The position numbers were made by a program, and so were the translations under genes. Under the pieces are notes generated by a model. The model saw nothing but the letters and a program-made list of their open reading frames with translations, did no database searches and was not told the origin of the DNA. Of a stretch of 58,310 nt of DNA, positions 23,968 through 35,286 are shown piece by piece. This stretch comes from Thelocarpon superellum (taxonomy: Eukaryota). Each line of letters opens with the position of its first letter. Position 1 is the first letter of the stretch. Location of the stretch: assembly GCA_026025795.1 (NCBI GenBank), contig JAPEUG010000068.1:1-58310 (forward strand). Reading direction: 5' to 3'.

Positions 23968-26900
23968 TTAAAATGTGCGATCCGACTCATGCATTGTATC
24001 CTCCTGTAGCACACTGATGCTTCGATCCCCCGCGCTATTGCACGTTAGTGTATCCCCTTGTTCTTGAAGTGATTCATACCCGTACTCCGGATGATGGAAC
24101 GGAAAGTCCATCTCGCTTTCTTCCATCGATGGAACAGTCTCCGTCAAACTTCCCTCACTCGTAGCCATGTCGTCATCGTCGTCGGCCTCCTCCATGTCTT
24201 CATCAATTGCGGCCATGCGAACGACAAACTCGCGCTGCAGCTTCCGCAACCACTCGATCAAGGCAGTCCCGTGCAACGCACCATCCCGGGCTTGATTCAG
24301 CGTCTCGCGGAGGCTAAGAACCAGGCGACGGCGCTTTGCCAAGGCCCTGGTTATCTTACTACGCTTTCGGGCCGCCACTTGCCTGGTCAGGGCACATGAG
24401 ACTTGCGTGCCGATCGCGAGGACACTGGCTGGGAAGTCGACGATGCGCGCGAGTGCCAGACCTATCTCGTAATCAGGCAGAGGCATCATCAGGCAGAGAG
24501 CCCCCTCACCGTAATGTTGCTCCGTGACATATCCTTCGGAGATCTTGTAGAGCATCGTCATGTTGTCTGGGGAGTTCATCTACGTTTCGTGAGTTGTACC
24601 TCTTAGAGCAACATATTCTTCCTTCCTGACCTCGACAGCGAGATGGAGATTGACCACACCCGTCCGTTCCGACATGATCTCGGCCAAATCTCGAAAGTGG
24701 GTGGCAAACCATACGAGCGCCTGTATCATCAGCAGGAGACTTGGCTCACATGCGCCGCAGGGGAAACTCGCTCTGCTTTCAACCAACGCCTCGGCCACGC
24801 TCAGCGCGATGGCAAGACCGTCGCGAGTACTGGTACCTCGGCCCAGCTCGTCGATGATCACCCTTTCTAATCAGCTCATCAAAGTACTTCGTCTTCGCAT
24901 CCTCACACACATGCTGCCTCTGTCCACGTGGCTCAGGATGAAAGCTGTCTCTCGCATCTCAGCGGCAAATGTAGAGACATTGGCTTCGATGCTGTCGTCC
25001 ATGGACACCCTGGTGAAGAGCTGACGCACGATGGGGAACGAGGCGTATCGAGCTGGCACACTGAGCTCGTTAGGGAGAGGATGTAACTTTGAGAATTGGG
25101 CACCGACAAGCAACCGATCTGGGCCATGACCGTCAGTAACGCAATTGACCTGATATACGTGCTCTTTCCTGGCACAAGTTAGAGCGAAAGATGATACTGG
25201 GACGTGGACATTACCACTCATGTTGCAACCTTGGCTCGAGGACAAGATTAGTATCCAGAGTCAGGACCCGGGCTTGCTCGCTAGACTTGCCGGTGATGAT
25301 TTGAAATCGAGTCTGCTGCGTGGCGTAGATGTCGTTGGGAATGTACCGATCGGTATGAACCTTCTCGCGAATGGGATGTCGTCCAGCTCGGACGGCGAGA
25401 GTGTCTGTGAGCTCCGGTTGCACTAGAGGAATCAGCTTCCATCATGCACAACGCTGAGAACCTCACCATAATCCTTGGTCGTGACAAGCTGGCCGAATGA
25501 GGTGATCTAGTAGGTCAGTCCGTCAGACATGATGACGATCGGGGCCCGACGAGTACCATGTCGAGCATGGCCAGAGCCTCGGAGATCATAAACAGATCTC
25601 GAACGTGGCCGCGGATACTATCTGTCAGCGTCTCGATCACGGTGCTGCCTAGACCAGGATGAGTAGCATGATGGGTCTTCAAGACGTTTCTACTGACTCA
25701 ACATGACAATCTCTGCATTGGCATCCGCAATCTGTCGTGGTCAACGTTGTGGCTCTTTCCTTGAACCCACGCTTACCCGAAGATTCTGCTTCATCATGTC
25801 GAGCGTCTGACAGTCGATCTGGCTCTTCTTGGCAAGGACGTTGACAAAAACGGCAGGGAGCGGGCGGCCAGCAAGCTCTGACGTGGACAGGCGGAGGTAG
25901 TACTGTCGGGCGGTTTCATACTTCAGCAATAGAGAGAAGCCATACTCCTCTATAGTATATTAGCAATCCAATGTGGAAGGGGTCCATACGACTCACGCCT
26001 CAGGCTTTCTACGAGCTCCACCATGTCAGAAGTGGCTTCCTCAAAGGTAGCACGAGCCATATCCAGCAAACCATTCACGCCCGACTGGGTTGCCAACGAT
26101 TAGAGGGAAACAGACTAGCTGGGTCCGACAGGCTCAACCTAACCTTGACCGCGTAGATTCTCTGGTTCCTCAGACCTAGCGGTTGTCTCTCAAAGGTGGT
26201 GTCCTGATTGATATGTTGGTCGATCAAGGCTCGGATCGGTGCGGTCTTCTCACGAGCACAGAGCTAGTGGTGGTTAGCTCGCTCCGACCAGAAAGAGACC
26301 TGGGCCTACGCGTCGGACGGTACAAAGGAGGTGAGACGTCGCCCCAAACAGAGCTTGGTCGATGGCCGGAACTGAATCGACAAAGTGCTTGAGCACGACG
26401 ATATGATTGATGTCTTGCTCCGAAAAGTGGGCGTCCGACTTGGTAGGAACGGTGATGAGCTATGGTCGTTAGTACGGTCAGTGCTTCAACCGCCAGAGAA
26501 ATGGCCAGCGGACGGCAGTCAGAAGCTTATCTGTGTCCTGGAACACTTTGAGACCTAATCCGCGTGACGTTCAGCGACGTGTCAAGAAGATCGTCAGGCT
26601 CACCCCGAGAGACGGGCCTAGTCGAACGCCGGAGAACATGTCCTCTTTTGACGTGATCTCGGCAAGAGCATCGAAGCGACCCGTCAGCGCGTCACGGTCG
26701 GTCAATGGCTGCAGGACATTCATCCGTAATAGTCGCGCTCCCATCGGCGTCAGGGTCTCATTCAGCATTCCAAACAGACAATGCTTGGATTTGGCATCAC
26801 GAAGATTCTGGATCAGCTCCAAAGACTGGATGGTAGAAAGATCGATCATCATCGAGCCCTCGGACGGCTGAAAGCTGATGCGGAGAGAATGAGGAACGAA

Positions 26901-27517
26901 GGAGGTAAAGAGGGCCAGCTCAAGATACTTGACGGCCTATGAGACTTTAGCAAAGCAGCGTCGGACAGGACTCATAACGCACGGCAGCGATACTGCAGAT
27001 GGCAAAGTAGCTCCCTTCGATGGAGACCTTGATGGCTTCAATATCTTCGCTGAAGGCCAGACGCTCGATGCATTCCACGCCCGTGCTCTCAGCCCAGTAC
27101 TTTCGATCGAGAGGGACAATCTCGGAGGCGACGCAATTCTCCTCGATAATCCGGAACATGGTAGACTGCGAGGTGATGGCGGCCTTCATCATGAGGATCT
27201 GGGATGGGTCGAAGACGGTCAACTTGTGGATCGTCCGGACATGTCTGACTATCGGATAGCTGGCAGAGGACGGCCTCCCCCGTCGAGACGTTGATGAAGG
27301 CGATGCCCACAACGGGAGCCACGCCGCGGGATTCACTGACGGCGCAGATGATACGCTGGCCATCAACCCCAGTTGCTGCCGAGGTTGGGGTGCTTGGCCT
27401 CCGTGTCCGGGAGCCCACCCGGCTGCCCAGTACTGGCTGCGAGCTGCTAGAGGTAGAAGTTCGATGAGGGCTGGACCCGGTACCTCTTGATGTCAGGGAC
27501 GTCTCGCGGGAGGCCAT
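23968..27517 (-). CDS. MSH4: Meiotic MutS homolog 4, about 17 introns; frameshift at ~27241 (possible pseudogene or sequence error)
   Basis: IICAVSESRG..VGIAFINVSTGEAVL, GSMMIDLSTIQSLELIQN, TPMGARLLR, RIYAVKSGVNGLLD, Walker A TGCNMSGKSTY, STFAAEMRE, Walker B VIIDELGRGTS, FATHF, HYGLALA. Confidence 0.93.
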
Positions 27518-27738
27518 GAGGGCTGACCAGATCCAGAACTCTGATCTGGTATGACGAGAGATTCAAGTCAAATGCATGATGGTAGTCATGGGGACGGAAG
27601 AATGGGCAGGACGTGGGAAACGGAACGATTCCTCGTAGGCGAGCGGTTTCAGCCTCTCTTTTCAACTGGCGAATGACACAGTAACGTACTCGCTAACTTC
27701 CGTCATCGTTGTGCCACATCTCACATCCATGAATATCA

Positions 27739-29722
27739 TCAAGACCAAGAGATCAGCACCTCTTCGACTTGCTCGTCTACCCCTTCGTTTCCAGTCCAGC
27801 TGGACGCATCAAGACGAGGACGCCGAGGAGAGGCTCTCAGCACAATGGAATAATCTCCCCCAAGAGGAGAAGAATTCGAAACAGGGGTCGGTGGCAATGA
27901 GCAAGGTGATGGCAGAGGGAGAAGAACTTCTTTCTCTTCACCATCGTGCATCGCTCCGACATCAACCGTCACCTCGGAACTCCCCTGGGACCCTGTTGAT
28001 CTCCGCTCCCTTTGGCTCGACACGGATGCACTGGAAAGCGTTTGCGAGCGAGCACAGAAAGTCATTGGGGCCGGGTCAAAGAACAACTCGAGACTTGCAC
28101 TGCGGATACAGAAGGTATGGCTTTGCGGAGGTACTCTAGTCCACTCGCCTGTCGGGTAAATTCCTACTGCCAACGACGAGGACGAAGAGGGATCGGGAGA
28201 ACTTGAGCCTGATGACAGTTTCAAAGGTTGAAGAGATTGCGATGATGACCGTGCAGGCTCCTGAACTGTAGGCTCCACAAGCTTCACATGATCCGATGTC
28301 GTTGGAATGGGAGCATTAATGGTAGAGACGGACGCGGCCGAAGGCTGAACTGTCGAAGTTGACGAGTTGAGTGCAAGCATTCGTGGGAGAAGGACACAGC
28401 TCTCGACGGGTTGATGACGACCAAGGCTGCGCCTTCGATTCGCAGGCGCACGGGACCGAGCCATCTCACGCACCATCTTGACTAGGACGGTGCGGAACAG
28501 CTTTCGGGTGGCAGGATCATAAGTTTGAAGGTCGGGCACAGTCCACGCTGGCCATAGCCGACCATGGGTCTTCCAGACGTGGAAGTGCTGGTGAAACTTC
28601 AGGAACAGATCACAGAGATAACAAGCTGTCTTGCTCACGCCGAATACCCTTGGAGGTAGCTTCTGGTCAGGATGCCGCTGGGTCACTTCGTAGTGCACCA
28701 CTAGCTGTATCTCCGCATGGACACGCCCTTGTTGCGTGGTCGCGAAGGGCGGAAGAGCTTCGAGCATGGGCATCGTGGCATGAAAGAGTGGCCGAAACGA
28801 GGAATGGCGAGCAAGGCGGACAAGGAAGGAACAGATGCGCCAGTAATTCCCTAGCTTGTCCACCGTCCGCACCGCTTTCAGCTCCGCTTCGTCGAGGGCG
28901 GGATCAAATCTGGTCAAGATCGACAGCAGATCCATCTTCTTGCCAAAGGACGAGAGCTTGTACGCTCCGTGTAAGAACTCTTCGGTACATTCCTTCTCTG
29001 TTCTTTGATCCTCCGCCTGCGTGAGCTTGAGGTACTGCGCGTGCAGTGCCTGAATCTTCGCTTGGATCTGTGCTTGCTGGGGATCTCCAAAGCTACGATA
29101 CCGACGTGACATGTATAGAAGTCGCTCGGTGTACGGCGTCTGGCAGCCGGCGGGGCTTGGCTTAAGTCGGGCTTTGATCCGTGCATGGTTCATTGTCATG
29201 ACGTGATTGAGCAAGCCTTTGACACAGGCTCTGCGCGAACCGTCTTTGAATGCAGAGTGAGCAAGATCTCCCAGCATCGCCGATATTCTTCGACACTCAC
29301 TCCGAGTTATACGACGTACCATTGCGAGCACAAATGTCCATGAGGCGAAAGATCTCCTTGATCGATGATTGAACCTCGGCGGAAACGCCCTGGTTGGCCG
29401 CGATCTTCAAGATCAGGCTGGGAGGATGAATTTGCTGCTCAACCGCCACCGCCGTGACGTCGTCACGGCTCCCCTCGGTGGCGGCTAGGAAGGCAATATC
29501 AGAGGCAAGTTGCCGCTCCACGTCAAAAGGAAGAAGGTAGACGGCATCGTCCACCTTTCCACCAGTAGACCTCTCATCTCGATGATTGATCTGGGGCAGG
29601 CGCGGGAGGTCTTTGGTAGATTTGCGGAGCTGGTCGACGTTGCGTCGGAAGGTGGCCTGTCCCCCCACTCCAGTCCAGATAGAATCGGCCGGCCGTGCGT
29701 CGGAGAGCGTCAATGGGTTCAT
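27739..29722 (-). CDS. OTT_1508-like Zn-dependent nucleic acid/nucleotide deaminase
   Basis: VHAEIQLV (28719-28711) ... FGVSKTACYLC (CxxC 28623-28612) ... THGRLWPAWTVP. One intron 29319-29244 (GTACGT..AAG) joins ORFs 29297..29722 and 27739..29331 in frame. Confidence 0.85.
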
Positions 29723-29950
29723 GGCGAGCGGGAGACCGGACCAGAGGCCGTGGAAGTCAGTTTCGGATAGGCTTCGGCCTTATCCTGGAGCTGTCTAGGC
29801 GAAGAAACGAGGGCGACAGCACCAAACTGCCAGGGCTGACCTCGAAAAAGTTCTCTATCCGGAGGCAGAAAAAGAATCGCTCGGAGGTGGAACTGACGCA
29901 GAGGTCTCGATGACTCCACATGCACAGACAGCACATACAGAGAAGACGAG

Positions 29951-31697
29951 ATGGCTACGGTGCAGCCGCCGCCAAGCAAAAAGCAAAGAACGGCGACCGC
30001 GTTCAAAGCTCGCGAGCAGCAGGACATTGACGCCATCCCGGACAATCTGGGCAGCATCCGGGTGCAATTCTACGACCATGCCACGGGACAGACCACCGGT
30101 CCATCGGTATCGATTCCGGTGGCAGATGCAAGTGTCAAGAATCTAGAGCTCCTCCTCAACACCCTTCAAGGCAATGTAAGTCTAGCACCGCGGACGGCTT
30201 GCTCCTCACCCCGCCCTAATCGAGATAGGACGATGCGGAACGCATCCCGTACCGCTTCAGCTTGCTCCTGGACGACCAGGATGGGGGCCACGGAAAGGAC
30301 CATGGAAAGGACCAAGGAAAGGACCAAGGAAAGGACCAAGGAAAGGACCAAGGAAAGGACCAAGGAAAGGAGCGTCCTCCGACGGACATCCCAGCCCATA
30401 TCTATCAGTCGGTCCTCCGGTCGGGCTTGAAGACCGCGGAAGATTGCATCAATCTACAGTACACTCCCCAGGCCGTCTTCCGGGTCAAGGCCGTGTCACG
30501 ATGCTCGGCCAGCATCGCCGGACATGGCGAGGCCATCCTCGCAACGCAATTTTCGCCCGCAAGCTCCTCCAAGATGGTCAGCGGCAGCGGCGACTCCACC
30601 GCCCGCATCTGGGACTGTGAGACGGGGACGCCGATGCACACGCTCAAGGGCCACACCAGCTGGGTGCTGGCCGTGAGCTGGTCGCCCGACAACCGTCGCA
30701 TCGTGACGGGGAGCATGGACAACTCCGTGCGGGTATGGGACCCGATGACGGGCAAGGCGGTTGGCAGCCCGATGAAGGGTCATACCAAGTGGGTGACCAG
30801 CCTGGCATGGGAGCCCTATCATACCCAGGCGTCGGGGGAGCCACGAGTGGCGTCGGCGTCCAAGGACGCCACGGTGCGCATCTGGAACGTGACGCTGCAG
30901 CGGGTGGAGATCGTGTTGAGCGGGCATCGGAGCTGCGTGTCGTGTGTCAAGTGGGGTGGCACCGGCTACCTCTACACGGCCTCGCACGACAAATCCGTCA
31001 AGGTGTGGCGGGCGGCCGACGGCACCCTGGCTCATACGCTGAGCGCTCACGCGCACTGGGTGAATCACCTGGCGCTCTCAACGGACTTTGTGCTCCGCAC
31101 CGGCTATCACGACCACATGGGCCAGGTACCGGCCACGGAAGATGAGCGACGAGCGATGGCCAAGCGGCGCTTTCTGACCGCGGCGACCACAGGCGGGGAG
31201 GTGGTCGAACGCCTGGTCACGGCCAGCGATGACTTTACCATGTACCTGTGGGAGCCGTCCAAAGCTACCAAGCCTTTGGCGCGCATGTTGGGGCACCAGA
31301 AACAAGTGAACCATGTCACTTTCTCGCCCGACGGGCTGTACATCGCCTCGGCGGCGTTTGATAACCACGTCAAGCTATGGAACGCGCGGGATGGAAAGTA
31401 GGCCTCTTCCCCTCCCAACCTCCTCATCTGTTGGTCCTGACGCGGTCGTATAGGTTCATCACGACGCTGCGGGGGCATGTCGCGCCCGTCTACCAATGTG
31501 CCTTCTCGGCGGACTCGCGGCTGTTAGTTAGCGCGTCCAAGGACACGACGCTCAAGGTGTGGGAAGTGCGGACAGGCAAGCTGTCGGTGGATCTTCCCGG
31601 GCACCAAGACGAGGTCTATGCGGTCGACTGGAGTCCCGATGGAGAGCGAGTCGGCAGCGGCGGCAAGGATCGCGCCATCAAGATCTGGCGACATTGA
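29951..31697 (+). CDS. RSA4: Ribosome assembly factor Rsa4 / Notchless (UBL + WD40)
   Basis: MATVQPPPSKKQR, KTAEDCINLQYTPQAVFRVKAVSRCSASIAGHGEAIL, WD40 repeats, ending KDRAIKIWRH. Introns 30176-30228 and ~31398-31453. Confidence 0.96.
30292..30371 (+). repeat. Coding 12-nt tandem repeat (GGAAAGGACCAA)x6.7 giving (GKDQ)n in Rsa4
   Basis: Read directly; translates GKDH-GKDQx5-GKE. Confidence 0.95.
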
Positions 31698-31761
31698 TTA
31701 TCGCGCGCCGTACTCGTTCGGACAGATGTGGCTCGGGTGTCGGGCGTCAGCGGCAGGTGAT

Positions 31762-32973
31762 TCACCCCCGCAGGGGGAGGATGTGTTGCGGGAGGCTCGT
31801 CTGCCGACAGAGCGGACACTCGGCCTTCTCGCGACACCAGTCCCCGATGCAGGTCCAGCAGAAGACATGTCCGCAGGTGGTGGCGCTCGGGTCTTTCATC
31901 TCCTCCAGACACAGCGTACATTTGCGTTGCTGCCGCCCTTGAATCCACTGCATCTGGTCGGCGTCGTGGAGGTCATATCGGGAGGTGGTGAGTACCGGCG
32001 TGTGCGTGACCTGATCGATTCCTTTTTTGCTCTGTCCAAGCGGCATGGTATCGTACGCCATCAGCAGCGGTCGGCCGGCATGCTGTACGCTGGGCTGGAC
32101 CTCGAGCTCGACCGCGCCGTCCACCACGATGCTGTCGTTGGCGATGGGACCAGCAGTAGCCATGGCGGACGCCGGTGCTCCCCGCTCGAGATGTCGCATA
32201 TGCAGCCAGCCCTGGACGATCATCTGTGTGACGAGCAGGACGCCCAGAACCTCATAACCCTCTCGCTTCTCATGCGGCTCCAGACGCTTCGTGAAGATGT
32301 AGCGGAGGCCCCAGACCCGCTTACCGAGATGATAATAGGCGCCGGTGAAATAGAACAGGGCCAAGCTGAGCGCGTAGATGGGCGAAGGCGAGGTGATCGT
32401 GTCGAGGTGCTCGAGCAGATACGCCTGTATCCTCGCCGCGCGGCACACGCCCTTCACTCCCTCCTCTCCGTCCTGCCTCTCTGGCCCTTCCCCTGTCCCT
32501 CCCCCTCTCCCCGCCCACCTGCGCAGATTCCACTCCAACTTCGCCCGCACCCGACTCCTCAACGCCGGCAAGAAGCGCGTCAGCGCATACGGCAGCAGCA
32601 CCGACGTCACAATATACCCGGCCCTACTCCTCAACCGCGGCATCATGCGCGACCCGGCCTCGACCTGGACCACGTCGCAATATTCCTCCCCGAGCGTGCG
32701 GTTCCCCACCAGCGTCGTCAAGGCCAGATACAGCGTGTCCGCCACGGTGCTCGTCGCGGCGCCATACGCGTGCGCGAACCGCGCCCCGTACAGTCTGCGC
32801 AGGATGCCGGACAGATGCTCGACCATCTCCGCTTGGAAGTAGGCGTCTTTCTGGTGCGATCGGATGATGTCGGGCGCCGAGGCGAACGGGTACTGGTATT
32901 CGTGGTGGGAAGCCATGGTGCCGCGGCCGGGGGGCGTGTAGGCGTCGTCGTCGGGCGTGTCTCGTTCTTCCAT
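31762..32973 (-). CDS. PEX10: Peroxin Pex10 RING E3 ligase
   Basis: YPFASAPDIIRSHQKD, LTTLVGNRTLGEEYCD, FYFTGAYYHLGKRVWGLRYIF, RING CTLCLEEMKDPSATTCGHVFCWTCIGDWCREKAECPLCR; single ORF. Confidence 0.96.
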   Translation of the reverse strand: MEERDTPDDDAYTPPGRGTMASHHEYQYPFASAPDIIRSHQKDAYFQAEMVEHLSGILRRLYGARFAHAYGAATSTVADTLYLALTTLVGNRTLGEEYCDVVQVEAGSRMMPRLRSRAGYIVTSVLLPYALTRFLPALRSRVRAKLEWNLRRWAGRGGGTGEGPERQDGEEGVKGVCRAARIQAYLLEHLDTITSPSPIYALSLALFYFTGAYYHLGKRVWGLRYIFTKRLEPHEKREGYEVLGVLLVTQMIVQGWLHMRHLERGAPASAMATAGPIANDSIVVDGAVELEVQPSVQHAGRPLLMAYDTMPLGQSKKGIDQVTHTPVLTTSRYDLHDADQMQWIQGRQQRKCTLCLEEMKDPSATTCGHVFCWTCIGDWCREKAECPLCRQTSLPQHILPLRG

Positions 32974-33263
32974 TGTCCAGGGCGGAGGTGCAGTAACGCA
33001 AGAGACCCAGGCGGAGACACAGGCGGGGACGGAGACGCCTCACGGCGGCGAGGAAACGAGGATGCGAGCTGGCTCCGACGTTGTGGCCATTGCGGATGGA
33101 GCTTGCGTGGAGAGATTCAACTGCCGGGAGGGCCTCGGCTTGCCTCGTTCGCGGCAGCTCGCACGAGGAGGATGGGAACTTGTGGCGACGATGACGACGC
33201 TACTCGGTATGCGGACTAGCGCAATAACCTCCATCACTCTGCCATCTAACAGTGTAGGAGCAC

Positions 33264-33284
33264 GCACGTGATCTGATCACGTGC
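33264..33284. promoter_or_regulatory. Perfect 21-bp palindrome carrying two CACGTG E-boxes, upstream of PEX10
   Basis: GCACGTGATC-T-GATCACGTGC read directly; function inferred. Confidence 0.45.
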
Positions 33285-33500
33285 CCACTCCTATCACTAT
33301 CCCGACTACGCGTAGATTAGCAATTCAGCTCTGATTCTTACAACAGTATGTTACCAGTCGCCTCCTTCAGCGCGAACTTGTCCCTCGCGTACGACGATGC
33401 CATTTATCACTGGGAGAAATCATCTCGTGTCATCTATACTACTATTGAGTAGTAGAGCTGCATCGGAAGCTACGCAGATCGCGTAACTCCATCTACGTCA

Positions 33501-35286
33501 TCAATGTCGCCCCGCGCCGACGATCCGATCACGAACGTCCGGACTCGCGCTCAGGAGCTCAATCTCCAGCGGGCCGAGGGTATCCTCAGGAAGGACGACG
33601 CCCGTTCGATCGTGGTGACCGCCGCTTTGCTCCCAGAGGACCTCTCGTTGCAGCTCTCCATCCACCTCGACTCGTCGGATGACGTTGTGCCATCCACGGA
33701 GTGAAGGAGGGTTGTACGCCCCTTTATCCTCGATCCCGGGACCTTTCAGGCCGATTCGCGCCCGCACCGAGGCATGGATGTACTCGTTGGTCACGTACAC
33801 TGCGTGGTCGGGCTTCCGCCCGGCGATGCTATACTCGCCGGGCGTACGAGGTTCGGCTTTGGTCAGGTTGTAGATGCCCGTCATGGAATCATAGATCTCG
33901 CCTGAATCCTCAGCCTCGACAGGCAGGCCATCGCTAAGGAGGGGTCGACTCACCAAATGACCACGGCCGCACTTTTTCGCCCTGGTCGATGTAGTATTCT
34001 CGGTTGAGGTTGATCTGTCGGACAAAGTACGAGTTGTTGAAGTCCAGAAACGGCTCGAGGAGCGAGATCATCCACGCCAGGGTGATGTTGGCAATCTCCG
34101 CGTCCTCATAACCACCGCCAACATTCGAGTGCACTCCCGGAAACCAGACCTGCTTGAGGTACTACACGTCCCGAGGGTATGGTGAGCGAAACGACGGTAC
34201 GCACGAGCGACACATGGACCCACCGTCGGAGACCCTCGTCGCTTCTGCCAGACGGAGGGAGAAAAGGGGCCGCGTTCCTCGTCCAAGGCCAAGGCCTGAA
34301 ATGCATTCTCCACGCATTCGTCAACCACGGTGTTATCGAAGGAATACTCTCGATCCGGCATGGGCCAATCGATCTTATCGAACCAGCCGAGGCGTGGGAT
34401 CCCGAGCGAACCTGTGCCGTCCATCAGCCGCGCCAATGCCGCCACAGCCAGCATCAGCCGCTACCCACCCACGGTATCCCACACGCCTACCACCTTGATC
34501 TGGATGTCGACTGTGGTCAGGCCCAGCTTCAGGTCTCGTCAGCCAGACACCCGACGCGCTCATGCCATGCACATACTCGTCGTAGCTCCCATTTGTATTC
34601 GGGATTGTTGATGTTCGGCTTGTTGCGAAAGGGCACGTCCGGAAAGGGCGAGTCATAATGAGGGTCGGCACCGCGCTCAAAGTCTTGGAAGATGGCGTAA
34701 AAGTCATCCATCCCGGCCCGAGTGAGGATACCCACAGTCGCCATCAGGGATGCAATGCTACGCGCGGTGAAGGCGCCACGCGAGAAGCCTAGCAAGAAGA
34801 TGTCATCCCCCCGCACGTAATTGTTCGCCAGGAAATCATATGCCTCCCGGATATTTTCCGACAGGCCCAGCCCCGTGGTGCCGCCGACGATGCGATCGCG
34901 CACGTTCGAGCTCGAGCCCACGCCTGCCTGGTAGTAGATGATCTGTGGCACTCCATCACGACTCTCGGGGAGGAGGGCTCGACAGATTCTCGTCACGTTG
35001 GAAGGAATCGCCGGCTTCGGTCGGAGGCCCAAGTCGAGGATAGAGGTATGGTCGATGCCGTTGTCCGAATTCATCCACGTTCCTGCGGCACGGAGCCGTG
35101 TCAGCGGGGCCCCGAAACGCAGCGGGGTGTGTACGGACCATCGCAAGCGACGATGATCCTCTTCCCCTCCGGATCTCGCGAGTCCCCCCGCGAACGCGAG
35201 CGAGAACGCGGCGAACTCGACCGCCCAGAAGTCGTGTGCCGCGAACTCGCACGCCGCGAGATCGAATGACGCGAGATCGAGGTCAT
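33501..35286 (-). CDS. DUF2235 / Tle1-like alpha-beta hydrolase
   Basis: KRIIVACDGTW, PSNVTRICRAL, YYQAGVG, GLSENIREAYDFLANNY..GDDIFLLGFSRGAFTAR, VGVWDTVG.LGIP, AFQALALDEER, VWFPGVHSNVGGGY, across about 5 introns. Confidence 0.9.

Noticed and set aside
30292..30371. Direct repeats as a CRISPR-like array
   Set aside because: Contiguous 12-nt coding repeats without spacers in a eukaryotic gene.
31618..33219. 533-aa plus-strand ORF
   Set aside because: Antisense shadow of the GC-rich PEX10 CDS; no recognisable motifs.
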